From contig CAUYUJ010000151.1 in assembly GCA_963575745.1 (NCBI GenBank), positions 62,001 to 117,582 of the forward strand: a stretch of DNA of 55,582 nt, written 5' to 3'. Under the pieces are notes generated by a model. That model searched no databases and was not told the origin of the DNA. It saw only the letters and a program-made list of their open reading frames with translations. The stretch comes from Prorocentrum cordatum (lineage: Eukaryota). How positions within the stretch are numbered: the stretch's first letter is position 1; every line of letters starts with the position of its first letter. Positions 32,091 to 46,148 of this stretch are shown in pieces. The position numbers and the translations under genes were made by a program.

Positions 32091-32112
32091 CTTGAGCCCA
32101 AAAACCCACGGA
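32091..32112 (-). promoter_or_regulatory. Spliced-leader-like 22-mer / candidate trans-splice acceptor at the 3' end of repeat A1
   Basis: The minus strand reads TCCGTGGGTTTTTGGGCTCAAG versus DinoSL DCCGTAGCCATTTTGGCTCAAG (17/22, ungapped). It ends in AG, 22 nt upstream of the first ATG (32068). Confidence 0.65.
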
Positions 32113-32175
32113 AGCGATTAGCATCGACGGCCTGACCTCTAGACCGATGGGGAAAGACATGCACGCAAAGGATAT
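32092..32175 (-). repeat. Split direct repeat A1 (84 bp, 5' terminus of the DIRS element)
   Basis: Identical to 25674-25757 by base-by-base comparison. Confidence 0.95.
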
Positions 32176-33204
32176 ACTCATTATCAGCATCATCAGCAGC
32201 ATCACCGTCATCACCATAAGCAGCATCCTCATCGACATCACAACACCATCATCATCAGCATGATCATCAGCATCAGCATCATCAACATCATCATCAGCAG
32301 AAGTATCAGCACGAGTATCGCCATCATCATCAACAACATCATCATCACTCTGATCAGCCTCATCACCATCATCGTCAGCATCATCAACATCATCATCATC
32401 AGCATCATCAAAATCATCCCCATCCTCCTTCTCCTCCTCCTCCTCCCCCCTCCTCCTCCTCCTTATCCCCCTCCTCCTCCTCCTCCTCCTCCTCCTCCTC
32501 CTTCTCCTCCTCCTCCTCCTCCTCCTCCTCCCCGTTCCTCCGTCTCCTCCTACTCCTTTTCCTCCTTCTGTTCTTCCTCCTCCGCCTCCTCCTCCTGCTC
32601 CTCCTCCTCCTCCCACCTCCTCCCTCCACCTCCTCCTACCCTCCTCTCCTCCTCCTCCTCCTCCTTCCCCCCTCCTCCTCCTTCTCTTCCTCCTCCTCCT
32701 CCTCCTCCTCTTCATCCTGCTCCTGCATCATGCCTCCTTCAACCCTCCCTCATCCCTCCCTCATCCCTCCATTCCTCCTCCCTCCTACCTCCCGCCTCCT
32801 GCCTCCCGCTTCCTGCCTCCCTCGCTCCTCTTTCCGCCCTGTCTCCCTCCCTTCCTCCCTCCCTCCCTCCCTCCCCCTCCTCGCCTCCTCCTCCTCCTCC
32901 TCCTCCTCCTCCTCCTTCCCATCTTCCTCCTCCGCCACCTCCTCCTCCCCCCTCCTCCTCCTCCTCCTCTTCCGCCTCCTTCTCCTCCTCCGCCTCTTCC
33001 CTCTCTCATCCCTGTCGCACTGGTTGGTAAGCTCACACGCGGAGTGCACACGCGACTGGGTGTTTCGGCGGTCCGAGGACCAACCCCGCTATCACAACCT
33101 GGGGGGAAACACAGCCTCCTTCCTCCCTCCCTCCAGCCATCCCTTCCTCCAGCCCTCCTGCTGCTTCTCAGCCTCCTCCTCCTTCTCCACCTCCTCCATT
33201 CCTT

Positions 33205-34318
33205 CTCCTTATAGATAACTCCCCCCCTTTCGCACCCAAAGGCCAGTTGGTAGGGCGGGCTGGGCGTGTTGCTTGAGACTTCCTCACCGTTTATGGCACT
33301 AAAGGTTAAACGTGACAACCGTTTCACAGATGGAGGGCGGGTCGTTTTCAGAATGTGGCTCTCGTCTTCGCGCCGCCGCGCACACTCGTCTGAAACATTT
33401 GCAAAAGCTTCACGAATTGAGAGCGGGTCGTTTTCAAAAGGTTGATCTCGCTTTGGCGCCGCGCACATTCGTCTCAAACACTTGCAGAAGTTTCACGGAT
33501 TGAGGGCGTGTCGTTTTCAAATGTGGCTCTCGCCTTAGAGCCGTGCACACTCTCTTTAAACATTGCAACAGCTTCACGAATTGAGGGCAGTTCCTTTTCA
33601 ATATGTGGATATCGCCTTAGCGCCGCGCAAATTCTTGTGAAACGTTGCAAGTGCTTCACATATTGAGGGCGGTTCCTTTTCAAAATGTAGCTCCCGCCCT
33701 AGCGCCGCGCACATTCGTTTTTAATATAAAAACGCAGGAGCTTCACGGATTGAGGGCGCTTCCGTTTGAAGATGTGGTTGTCGCCTTGGCGACGCGCACA
33801 TTCGCTGAAACAAATGCACGAACTTCACGGATTGATGGCGTTTCCTTTTGAAGATGTGGCTCTCGCGTTAGCGACGCGCACGTTCGTTGAAACAAATGCA
33901 AGAGCTTCACGGATTGAGGGCGTTTCCTTTTGAAATTGTGGCGATCGCCGTAGCGCCACGCACATTCGCTTCAAACATTTGCAGCAGGTTCAAGGATTCC
34001 CATGGTTAACGCACCAGAAGTGGTGTGTTGGAAGGATTCAGGATTACGCGGGCGCAACATTTATGTTGATTCGCTGTGTTGAAATCCCCAACATGCCGTT
34101 CTAGCACGATTCTGGATCGTCAAGGCGTAGCAGTAAGGTTGGTATGTGGCGATGAAATCCCGAGAACCATGTTTTGGCACGCTTCAGGATATTCAAGCTG
34201 TTGTCTTCCAGCGAGGCAGTTCCCTCAATGGACATGAACCGTTATAGGGGCCCATGAAGAGGGAGCTTGGAGGGAGGGTTAATTCCAACTTCGTTGATGA
34301 CTCTTGGGTTTCCACTGG
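33205..34318 (+). repeat. Dispersed ~82-bp-array element (about 8 units)
   Basis: TTCAC starts at 33323, 33409, 33492, 33573, 33655, 33742, 33824 and 33906; 3' end TCCACTGG|T. Confidence 0.8.
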
Positions 34319-34919
34319 TCCTCTTCCTCCTCCTCCTCCTCCTCCTCCTCGTCCTCGTCCTCCTCCTCCTCCTCCTCCTCCTCCTCCTCCTCCTCCTCCT
34401 CCTCCCCCTATTCCAATGACGCACCGACTCCTCCGTGAGTCGGAGACTGGGAGTTCAGCCCCATGGCCCGCCTGGGCGGACAAATAATGCCCCTGAGGCA
34501 AAACGAATCCCTGCCCCCCCCTCTGGCCTGCTTAGGCGGCCCCTAGTCGGTCACGCAGCCGTTGCAGGCGCGTCGCTCCATTGGCTTGCTCAGGTGGCCC
34601 AGGAGGGGGACACGTCGGCCACAGCCGTTCCAGGCGCGGCAACACGGGCCACCGTGCCCTACGTAGCTGGGCCCACAAACTGGGTTAAGGCGCACCAAAG
34701 CCATCTCACTTCAAGTCCTTACGTATCTTCGTCCCCCCCAAAGAGATCTCACTTCAAATCCTTATCCTCCTCCTCCTCCTCCTCCTCCTCCTCGCCTTGG
34801 GGCTTCCTGCCCGTCGTCCCCCCCCGGGCCCTCCTCCGGCTCAGGGGACGCTCGCTCCGCCGCCGCCGCCGCGGCAGCCGCGCGCTGCCAGCCTGTGGCG
34901 CGCCCGAGGGGGGGGGGGG

Positions 34920-36410
<1,491 letters not shown>

Positions 36411-36752
36411 CCTGTGAACGGAATCCCGACGGCAAAGTGTTTGCCGCTTTCGTAACTGACGAAGCCAGGACGAAGACAAACTCGGCTGAAGATAAACCGA
36501 GAATCTCTGAGATCCGGAGTTGCTGGAGGATGCCTCGGGCGCAGCGGCCTTCTCAGAGCGCTCTGGAACGCTCTGAGAGCGTTCCGGAACGCTCTGAGAG
36601 CCCGGCAAGGGGAGCTCCTCTCCAGCCCTCCTCGCGGCGTGCACGAAAGCACGACGGCAAGCTGTCTGGCCGTCTTTTCGGCCTCTGGGGTCCTCGCTGG
36701 GCCCCAGGACCGTCCACAAAAAACGGCCCACCCAGACATTCTCCGAGATGAT

Positions 36753-36917
36753 CTAGGTCGGGCATGTCCCCCTGCAGGCGCACTTTGAGCGAAAACTTAA
36801 CATATACTTGAAGAGAAAAACCGAATCGTCCACCACGCTATCAAAAAACCGTCCCCCAGACGACCTGTTCTACTGTTTGGGAAGGCTCCCCCTGGGAGAG
36901 GGACAGGCCCGACTTAG
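36753..36917. mobile_element. MITE family 1 copy
   Basis: Same TIRs; flanks GAGATGAT / GATGTGAT (6/8). Confidence 0.7.
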
Positions 36918-38315
36918 GATGTGATGTGCTCAACCCGCGGCCCTTACTGTTTTGGAAGGTTCCCCCTGGAGAGAGGAGGAGGAGGAGGAGGAGGAGGAGG
37001 AGGAGGAGGAGGAGGAGGAGGAGGAGGAGGAGGAGGAGGAGCAGGAGGAGCGAGGAGCGAGGAGCGAGGAGCGAGGAGCGAGGAACAGGCCGGACTTAGG
37101 ATGTGCTGTGCTCAACCCGCGGCCCCAGAGCTCCCGACCCCCTCAGCTGCGGGGAAACGCGTGCGCCCCTCGCTCCGCCTCGGCGGGCCCCGCGGGGCCC
37201 CACGCGGCGGGGCCCTCGGCGGCCGCAGCTGCCGAGGCACCGCCCGCTGGGATGGGAAGGAGCAGGTCGTCGGAGCTCTGGGCACGATGCCGCTCGGGAG
37301 CTAAAACGACGCGAAGATCGGGACAACATCGGATCGGGATAACTCGAAATCTCTGAGAATCTGCGGGTTTGGAGGATGTATTGGGCGCCGCGGCCGCTCC
37401 AGAGCGTTCCGGAACGCTCTGAGAGCGCTCCGGAACGCTCTGGAGCGATTTATCCCGATCCTAGTCCTGTTTTAGGAGCGGCCAAGAGGGGGGTGCCCAA
37501 GAGGGGGGGGGTGCAAATCGTGACCGGCGGCACGTGCGCGGCCCAGCGGGGGGGGGGGCTGGGGACGCAAGGAAAAATAAGAAGAGGCGCCATGAGATCT
37601 GAGGAAATCGCATGGCCCCCCGCCCCCCCCCCCTCCTCCTCCTCCTCCTCCTCCTCCTCCTCCTCCTCCTCCTCCTCCTCCTCCTCCTCCTCCTCCTCCT
37701 CCTCCTCCTAGTCATCACCCCCCTCTTTTCCGCCCCCGAGCAGCGCAGGTCCCGGGGCAGAGGCCCCCAAGATGGGGTCCGATGGGGGTGGGGTCGGAGG
37801 ATGCCGCCGCACCGCCGAGGCGTCGCCGAGGCGTCGGCGAGGCGTCGGCGAGGCGTCGGCGATGCACTGGCGATGCACTGGCGATGCTCGTGCATGCTTC
37901 CTCGTTTGTCCATTCACCGCAGCCGTTGGCACGAAAGCGGTATCTTCTGAACGAGTGCCCGTGCGCTGATAAAGCAACGAGTGCGCAGACTCCTGCTGCG
38001 TTGCCTTGAGATTGTCTATTCATCTTGCATCGGCGGTGCGTCGGCGATGCACTGGCGATGCACTGGCGATGCATGGGCGACGGCGGCGCGGAGAAACCTG
38101 GGCCTCCGCATCGAGCCGTGTCGCCGATGCGTCGCCGATGCGTCGGCGATGCGCCACACGCCTCCGATCCCACCTATGGCCATCGCTCGGACGTCCATTC
38201 CCTGTGCTTGCTTCGGTTTCGTGCATGTTTTTTTTTTTTTCGCGGGATGATCCAGGATGCTCCTTTAATAATCCCCGCCGAGAAAAAAAGCACACGACCG
38301 AGCGATACCAAGATC

Positions 38316-38500
38316 CCCAGACCCCCGACGTAATGATTTTTTCATTACGTCGACTCCAGAGTTCTCGACCCCTTCCCCAGGACCGGTTTGTCGTCCTGAG
38401 TCGTTTTTTGACGCTCCCGAAGCCCGGCGAGGGCCCCCAGAGGCCGAAAATGGCGAAAAACCTCCCGTCATGATTTTTTCATTACTCGAGGGGGTCTGGG
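38316..38500 (+). mobile_element. MITE family 2 (185 bp, CCCAGA...TCTGGG termini, 2-bp TSD)
   Basis: TIR CCCAGACCCCC; flanked by TC/TC. A degenerate inverted copy lies at about 38715-38905, with partial copies at about 43690-43785 and 45295-45445. Confidence 0.8.
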
Positions 38501-39728
38501 TCTACCCCGACCCCATCTGGAGGCCTAGATGGGGAGAAGAGGTCAAGACCTCTGCGCGTCGACGCCGCGGCAGAAGCCATGGCGGCGGAGGCCTTGGCCC
38601 TTTGGGCCCCCCGAGGGCCTCTCCCGAAGCACCCGCTCCCCGAGAAGCGCAGCAAGACAGCGCCATGACCTGTCGGAGAGGGCCGCGCGGATTCCTTGGC
38701 GCGGCGCTGGGCCCCCATCCCCCCAGACCTCCTCGCGCTGCGACAAAATCATGACGGGAGGTCTTTCGCCATCTTTGGCCTCCGGGGTCCCTCAACCGGG
38801 CCTCAGGACCGTCAACAAAACGACTCCGGACGAAAAAAACGTCCCGGGGAAGGGGTCCAGACCTCTGGGGGTCGATGTTGCAAGAAGATCACGGCGTCGG
38901 AAGTCAGGGCCCCCGTCCTGGCGCGCGGAGAGCGCCAGGGGCGGCGACGGAGGCGCGGCCAGGGAAGGCCCAGCGCCGATCCAGGAACTCCGCGCGGGCC
39001 TCCGGGCGCTGCTCCTCCTCAGCCACCGTGCCGCTGGGGCCGGAGAGCACCGCATCGGATCGAGACTTCGGAGCGGCGATCGGGACCTACGTCGGCTCCG
39101 CGGAGATCGGCAGCCAGGCCGGGAGGAGTCGAACCGGCGGGCATGGGCAGGCCCGGGATGCCTCCCTCGGGAGGCCGAGCCCCACGTCGCACTCCGAGGG
39201 TCGAGTCGGCTCGGCGTCCGAGGCCGTCGGCATCGAAGCACATCGAGCCGGAGGGATCGACAGGAGCCCCGCTAAGGGGGGGCCTCCTGGGGCCTCTCCC
39301 TGGGGCCTCGGCTGCTGGGGTGCTGCTCCTCCACGGCCCGCTTCGCGTGCCGGCGGCGGGGGGGGGGGGCCTCTCCTGGGGCCTCTCCTCTGGGCCCTCT
39401 CCTCCTGGGGCCTCCATTACTAAAGTGCCGCTGCTCCACCTCGGGCGGCGCCCCCCCCCCCCCCTGCACGAGCAGCGGGGAGGCGCCGCCCCGCGAGGGG
39501 CCGCCGCGCGGCGAGGCCCCCCCCCCCCCCAAGGTCGCACGCCCTGCCCCGCGAGGCGCGGCGCCCGGCGAAAGCCAGGCCGCCGCCGGAGCCGCCGCGG
39601 CTGCCGCCCCGCGCCTGCGCCCCCCCCGCGAGGCGCGGCAGACACACGCAGAGGGGAGGCCCTGCCGCAGGAGATCCGCCGGCCCCTCGGCGTGCGAGAG
39701 ACACTGTCGTCGCCGTCGACGTCGTCGT

Positions 39729-39784
<56 letters not shown>

Positions 39785-39830
39785 TGCCGTCGCCGTCGCC
39801 GTTGCCGTCGCCGTCGCCGTTGCCGTCGCA

Positions 39831-39887
<57 letters not shown>

Positions 39888-39891
39888 ATCG

Positions 39892-39969
<78 letters not shown>

Positions 39970-40689
39970 TGCGTCCCAAAGAACTGGAACAAGGAAAAGG
40001 AATGCCGCAGTTGAGCCGGAGGGGAGCTCCTTCCCTTCATCCCTTCCCTGCCCCGGGGGGGGGGGCACGGATCGGGGGGGGGGGTCGGGGGGGGGCACGG
40101 GGAGGTGTAGTCCCAGGTCTGAATGCCGTTCCCTGGGGTCCAGGAGGAAGTCGCCAGAGGGGGTCTCGGGGGAGGTCCCGCCTTCAGGGTCGGCGGCACT
40201 GGCCGTGAGGCCTTCGCGATACTGAGGCACAGCCTTCGTTGGTCGTTGAGGCTCCCATGGTGCCTCAGGGCTTCTGTGGGTGCCCGGGGCCATCGGGGGA
40301 TCGGATGCGAGAAATGCTTGTGGGGCGTCTGCTCGCAGGCCGATGTCTGATGTCGTGCGCCCGCTCTACCCTGACCCGGACCTCCTCTCATGGTGACAAC
40401 ACAAAGCACGGCGGGAAACTCTTGGCCAGTCTCGGCCTCCTTGCGCCCTCGCTGGGCCCCAGCCAAGGACGTGAAAAGAACAGCATTGAACACCAGTCCC
40501 GTGGAAAAGGTCTGGACCTCTGGGGAACCACGATGCGAGGAAAAAACACAGGTCTTGGGAGATCCTGGCTTCGCCTCTTTGTCTCACGCTGGGCACTTTC
40601 GCCCAGTTTCGTGCCCCGGGGCCCTCACGCATCGACGGAGCTCTCATCCACATCCCCTCCTCCCCCCCCCCCTCACTCTACCCATTCGG

Positions 40690-40841
40690 CTCCTGCTGCT
40701 GCTGCTGCTGCTCCTCCTACATCCTGCTCCTCCTGCGTCTGCTCCCTCCTCCTGCTGATGCCTCCTCCTCCTCCTCCTCCTCCTCCTCATCATCATCATC
40801 ATCACCATCACCATCACCATCACCATCACCATCACCATCAC

Positions 40842-40882
<41 letters not shown>

Positions 40883-40959
40883 GCAGCATCAGCATCAGCA
40901 TCAGCATCATCATCACCATCGTCATCATTATCATCATCATCATCAGCAGCAGCATCACG

Positions 40960-40993
<34 letters not shown>

Positions 40994-41001
40994 CCATCAC
41001 C

Positions 41002-41060
<59 letters not shown>

Positions 41061-41530
41061 AATCAGCAATCATCATCATCATCATCATCGTCGTCATCAG
41101 CATCATCATTATTATCAGCAGCATCATCATGGTCGTCGTCAGCATCAGGATCATTACCATCACCATCACCATCACATCATCATCATCATCATAATCGTCG
41201 TCATCATCATCATCATCCTCATCATCAGCAACATTAGCATCATCAGCATCAGCATCACCGTCGTCATCAACATCAGCATCAGCATCAGCATCAGCATCAT
41301 CAGCATCATAATCATCACACGCACAAGCATAAACAGAAGCATCAGCATCAGCAGCACCACAACCATCATCATCATCATCAGCAGCATCAGCATCATCACT
41401 TGCACCATCATAATCGGCATCGTCATCATCATTATCAGCATCACCATCATCATCACCATCACGATCACCATCATCAGCATCATCATGCTCATCGTCACCA
41501 TCACCCTAAGCATCACCAGCATCGTCATCG

Positions 41531-41565
<35 letters not shown>

Positions 41566-42840
41566 GTCACCCTCATCATCATAATGATAATCATCAGCAT
41601 CAGCATCAGCATCAGCATCAGCATCAGCATCAACATGAGCATCAGCATCAGCATCAGCATCAGCATCATCATCGTTATCGTCATAGTCATCATCATCATC
41701 ATCAGCATCATCATCATCATCAGCATCATCATCATCATCATCACCTTCATCAGCATCACCTTCATCATCATCATCAGCATCCCCCTCCTCCACCCTCTTC
41801 CACTCCTGCATCTTCTTTTCTTCTTCTTCACCCTCTCCTCCCCCCTCTCTCCCCCTCCTCCACCCCCCCCTCCTCCTCCTGCTCCTCCTGCTCCTGCTCC
41901 TTCTGCTCCCGCTCCTGCTCCTCCTGCTGCTGCTCGCCCGAGCAGCGGGCCGCGCACTTCAACACGGAGGCAAATAAGCTATACTGCTGCCGCCCGTGCG
42001 CTGCTGCTGCTCCTCCTCCTCCTCCTCCTCCTCCTCCTGCTCCTCCAGCTCCTCCTCCTCCTCCTCCTCCTCCTCCTCCTCCTCCTCCTCCTCCTCCTCC
42101 TCCTCCAGCTCCAGCTCCAGCTCCTCCTCCTCCTCCTCCTCCTCCTCCTCCTTCTCCTCCCGATCGCCGCTCGGCTGCAGCCTCCGTCGGCGTCTCTGCC
42201 GCCCGCCGCGACCACTCCAGGGCCTTCCGAGACGCAGATGATCTCGAGCTCGGAGTCGTCGTCTGCAGGAGGAGGAGGAGGAGCGGGAGGGAGGGGAAGG
42301 ACAGGGAGGGAGGGAGGGAGGCGGACAGGGAGGAAGGGAGGGGAGGGAGGGAGGGAGGGAGGGAGGGAGGGAGGGACAGGACAGGGAGGGAGGGAGGGGA
42401 AGGACAGGCAGGGAGGGAGGGAGGGAGGGGAAGGACAAGGAGGGAGGGAGGGGAAGGACAGGGAGGGAAGGAACGGAGGGAAGGGAGGATGGCGGAGGAG
42501 GGGAAGGATCAGGGCCAGAGTAAGCCTGGGAGGAAAGGGACGGGGGGGGGACAGGGAGGAAGGCGGTGGAGGGGGGGAGGCAGGGAAGGGCCGAAGGCGG
42601 CGGAGGGCGGGGAGGGTGAGGACCAGAGCAAGCCCAGGATGCATCGACGATGCTGCAACGCCCCTCCGGCCCCAGGTCCTCCTCTTTCTCTTCTTCCTCC
42701 TCCTCCTCCTCCTCCTCCTCCTCCTCCTCCTCCTCCTGCTCCTCTCCTTCTTCCTCCTGCTCCTCTTCTTCTTCCTCCTCCTGCTCCTGCTCCTCCTACT
42801 CCTCCTCCTCCTCCTCCTCCTCCTCCTCCTCCTTCTCATG
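40690..42840. repeat. Compound microsatellite field (CAT, CCT, GGGA)
   Basis: Direct inspection. Confidence 0.9.
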
Positions 42841-42989
42841 AGTCCCGGCTGGCACGCATTTGTTCCTCGCTCGCCGCCGGGGGGAAGCGCCCCGCCTCCG
42901 GAGAGAGGCGGGCGCCACGCGCGCCTCCCCCCCCCTCGTCTCGGAGAGGAGCTCTGCCCGACGGGAGAGAGCGAGCCAGGTCAACGGGG

Positions 42990-43331
42990 TTATGTCGGGC
43001 GTGTCCCCCTACAGCCAGGGGGACGTAAGACCTGGGTACAGGGGACTCGGAAATCCCCGACGAGATCGTCAAGAAAATGACGAGGCCGAGCCTGCATTTT
43101 GACGAGGCCTCCCGCTGCAGACATCCCACGAAACTCCTCCTCGTCAAAATCCGAGGCGCGGTCGTCAAAAAACGATGGCGAACCCGAGTCCTGGCAAACC
43201 CGGGTCTTACGCTCCCCCGATACAAGGGGATTTTCGACGAGACAAATCAAAAAAATACCCCAAAAATGCCCCAAGAAGGTCAAACAAATACTAAAAAAGA
43301 TAGCCCCCAGACTATTATTGGATTATGTTTT

Positions 43332-43383
<52 letters not shown>

Positions 43384-43445
43384 CATTTTTGGTATTTGTT
43401 ATATTTCGCCGAAAATCCCCCTGTAGGGGGACAGGCCCGACTTAA
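42990..43445. mobile_element. MITE family 1 copy
   Basis: TIRs 23/25 identical (42990-43014 and 43421-43445); no TSD visible; contains (TTG)n. Confidence 0.7.
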
Positions 43446-45672
43446 AGCCACCGAAGGAGCTGTCCGGCGGAGGCTGTCCGGCCAGAAGGTCCGCTCTGAA
43501 AAGGGGGAGCGCCCCTCCAGACCCCCTTGCGTCGTGAAAATCGCGAGGCATCTTTCTCGCAGTGTTCGGCCTCTGTGGGCCCCCACCAGGAGCCAGGCCA
43601 CCGAAGGAGCTGTCCGGCAGAAGGTCCGCTCTGAAAGAGGGGGGCGCCCCCCCAGGCCCCCTCGCGTCGTGAACCCACCGCGGCGGGAATGTGTTTTTCC
43701 AAATTTCGGCCTCTGGGGGCCCCTGCCAGGCCTCGGCTCGGGACCGTCAAACAACGACTCCAGACGAAAAACCGGTATCGGGCGCGTGGTCAAAGCGGGG
43801 CTCCGCGGTGCCAATTGTTGTTGCGTTGTTATTGCGTTCATGCGTTTCTGTTGCCGTCGTCCTCGCCCGCGACCCGCCCGCGACCCACCCCGCGACCCAC
43901 CCCGCAACCCCGCCCGCGACCCACCCCGCGACCCACCCACGACGCACCAGCGACCCACCCACATTGCTTTGACGAAATAATCGGCGCCTGCGGCGGGTTC
44001 GTTGTAGAATCGGCGCCTGCAAAAATCGACGACTGCGGTGGGCTTCCTCAATGCCTCGCGGACTGCAGACGACCCGGCCCCCCACTTACTCATATCCGTA
44101 CGTGCGGGGTGGTACGTAATTTTTCTGAGCTCATTTAAAACGAATGTGCGCGACGCTGGGACGACTGCCGCATTTTGAAAGCGACCCGCCCTGCATCTGT
44201 GTCTTCGGCGGGGAGTGTCACTTTCCTTGCTCTTGAATTGCGAGGGTGCCTCAGGCCGAGCGCCGGCGTCGCCCCACCGACGCCTCTGGTGGTCAGGGGG
44301 GCACCTGTCGGGCGCTGCAGCTTTCCGATTCCCGCAGCCCGGAAAGAAAGCCTCCAGCGAACCGAAACGCCCCCACGGCTAGACCCTCGATCCCCCCCAA
44401 AAAAACCTTCGTTTTTTTTGGTTTTGTTTGCACAATTGTTTTTTTTTTTTTGCAAAACCCCGAGGTGCCTTTCTTGCCGCCAGCCCCCCGACCTGCACCT
44501 TCCGCACCTTCTGCGCGGCAGGTGCCGCGCTGCCGCCGTCGCGGCGGCCGCAGCGGCGGCCAGTGCCGAGGCCGCAGCGGCGGCAGCCTCCGCGCGGAAG
44601 GTGCCGAAGCTGCTGGTCGGGGGAACCATCGCTCCGCATCGCGCGGCCCCGACAGCTGCCCAGGCGCGAACCGCGCAATTTCAGAACATGCCCCGAAGCC
44701 CTTGGAACGCGAGGATCCTAGCACAACAATCGCAACCCCTCGGGGCCCACGGGTCTTCCGCTGCAGCCAAGGAGGAGGGAGGCCGATGACGAAGACGAGG
44801 ACAACGTGGGGGAGGAGGAGGAGGGAAGGGAGCAGAGCAGAGCAGAGCAGATCCTCGTGGAGTCCCTGTCAAGCTACCGACCGCGAAGCTCGAAAAACTT
44901 ACCTGAACTCTGCGAGGGTTCCTTCGAAACCAAACGTCTCGCGCTGCGAGCCCCTCTAAGGCTCACAGCAAACGCTGCACTGGCCGACAGGCACACAACC
45001 TTCAGCGGGGGCCCCTACGTCAGGTGCGACGACCACTTCCCTTCCCCGGCCCACCAGAGCCCACTCCACGCCTCCCCCTCCCAGGGTGTCGGTCGCTTCT
45101 GCCACGATTCGAAGGCAAGTGAATCACAGGGATCTCAGGAGCGCTGACAGCAGTGAACCCGTCTGGCAAACTTGCTGGGAGCCTGCTAGCTGCCCGAGGC
45201 ATCTGTTCATGAGGTATGCTTCCTGCTGCTACTAGTGGCGCTAAACGAGCGCTACTTGCCATCATGGGGAACCACGTCCTGGCTATACGGGGACCCTCGA
45301 AATTTCGACCCTTTCCCAGGGACCGGTTTTCCATGCCGAGTCGTTTTTGGACGGTCCCGAGGCCCGGCGAGGGCTCCCGGGAGCCGAAAACAGCCGAAAG
45401 GCCTCCCGCCCTGATTTGTTTTTCACGACGCGGTTATGTCTGGGTGCTCCTCCCTCGTGCCCCAACTGTTGGCGGCGCGCACACCGGGATAGGGGGGAAG
45501 GGGCAGGCCTCTTAGAAGGAGGCTGCTTCTCAGAAGGCGCCGGCCTTACATCTGCAGATACGCAAATCCCGCGCCTTCTCCGAAACAGGGGTGCTTCTGA
45601 GCAGCCCTCCGCCCTCCTCCGACCCCCCTCTGCGCGTGCCCCAGCCGATCCGCCTGCTCTTCTGGGCTGGGC

Positions 45673-46148
45673 TTAGGTCGGGCATGTCTTCCTACAGGCG
45701 GGTTTTGGCTGACAGAAATTATACAACGTATTCAAAGCAGAGCAACAAAGCAAACAACACTTTAATAACTAATTGAATAAGTATTTTACGAACCGTTGAC
45801 GACGATTTCATTACTCTCAAGAACATGATCGAATCACTGTCTTCATAGCTATCTATGGCGAAAAATCGTCGTCGGACTTTTTTCAATGCCTCGTTTTGAA
45901 TATGCCTCCTGTGGAAGCACGTGGCTGATATAGTAAAATATGAAAACATGAAAAAAACAGCAACACAACTATTTAATAACTATTCTAGACACTACTTCAC
46001 GAACCGATGATGAGTATTTCAGGACTTTCAATTACTATGTGTAACAACTATTTGTACACCTATCGATGGTGAAACATCGTCCACGGACATTGTTTTTCAA
46101 ATGACTCGTTCTGAATCTGCCTCCTGTGGAAGCACATGCCCGACTGAA
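45673..46148. mobile_element. MITE family 1 (about 25-bp TIR NNNNGTCGGGC.TGTC..., 8-bp TSD)
   Basis: TIRs TTAGGTCGGGCATGTCTTCCTACAGG / CCTGTGGAAGCACATGCCCGACTGAA. Perfect TSD GGCTGGGC at 45665-45672 and 46149-46156. AT-rich interior with a diverged internal duplication. Confidence 0.85.

Larger units (their letters stand above)
25490..32175 (-). mobile_element. Tyrosine-recombinase (DIRS-order, split-direct-repeat PAT/Ngaro-like architecture) retrotransposon carrying a C5 DNA methyltransferase
   Basis: RT, RNase H, YR and C5-MTase motifs in overlapping minus-strand ORFs. Identical repeats in the order A1(32092-32175)...B1(25756-25885)-A2(25674-25757)-spacer-B2(25490-25619). No classical TSD; the AT dinucleotide is shared at both ends and at the B1/A2 junction. 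Inserted into a (CAT)n tract. Confidence 0.95.

Noticed and set aside
44850..45290. Possible terminal exon plus UTR on the minus strand
   Set aside because: The sequence is unique, but no frame-consistent upstream exon or homology could be identified.
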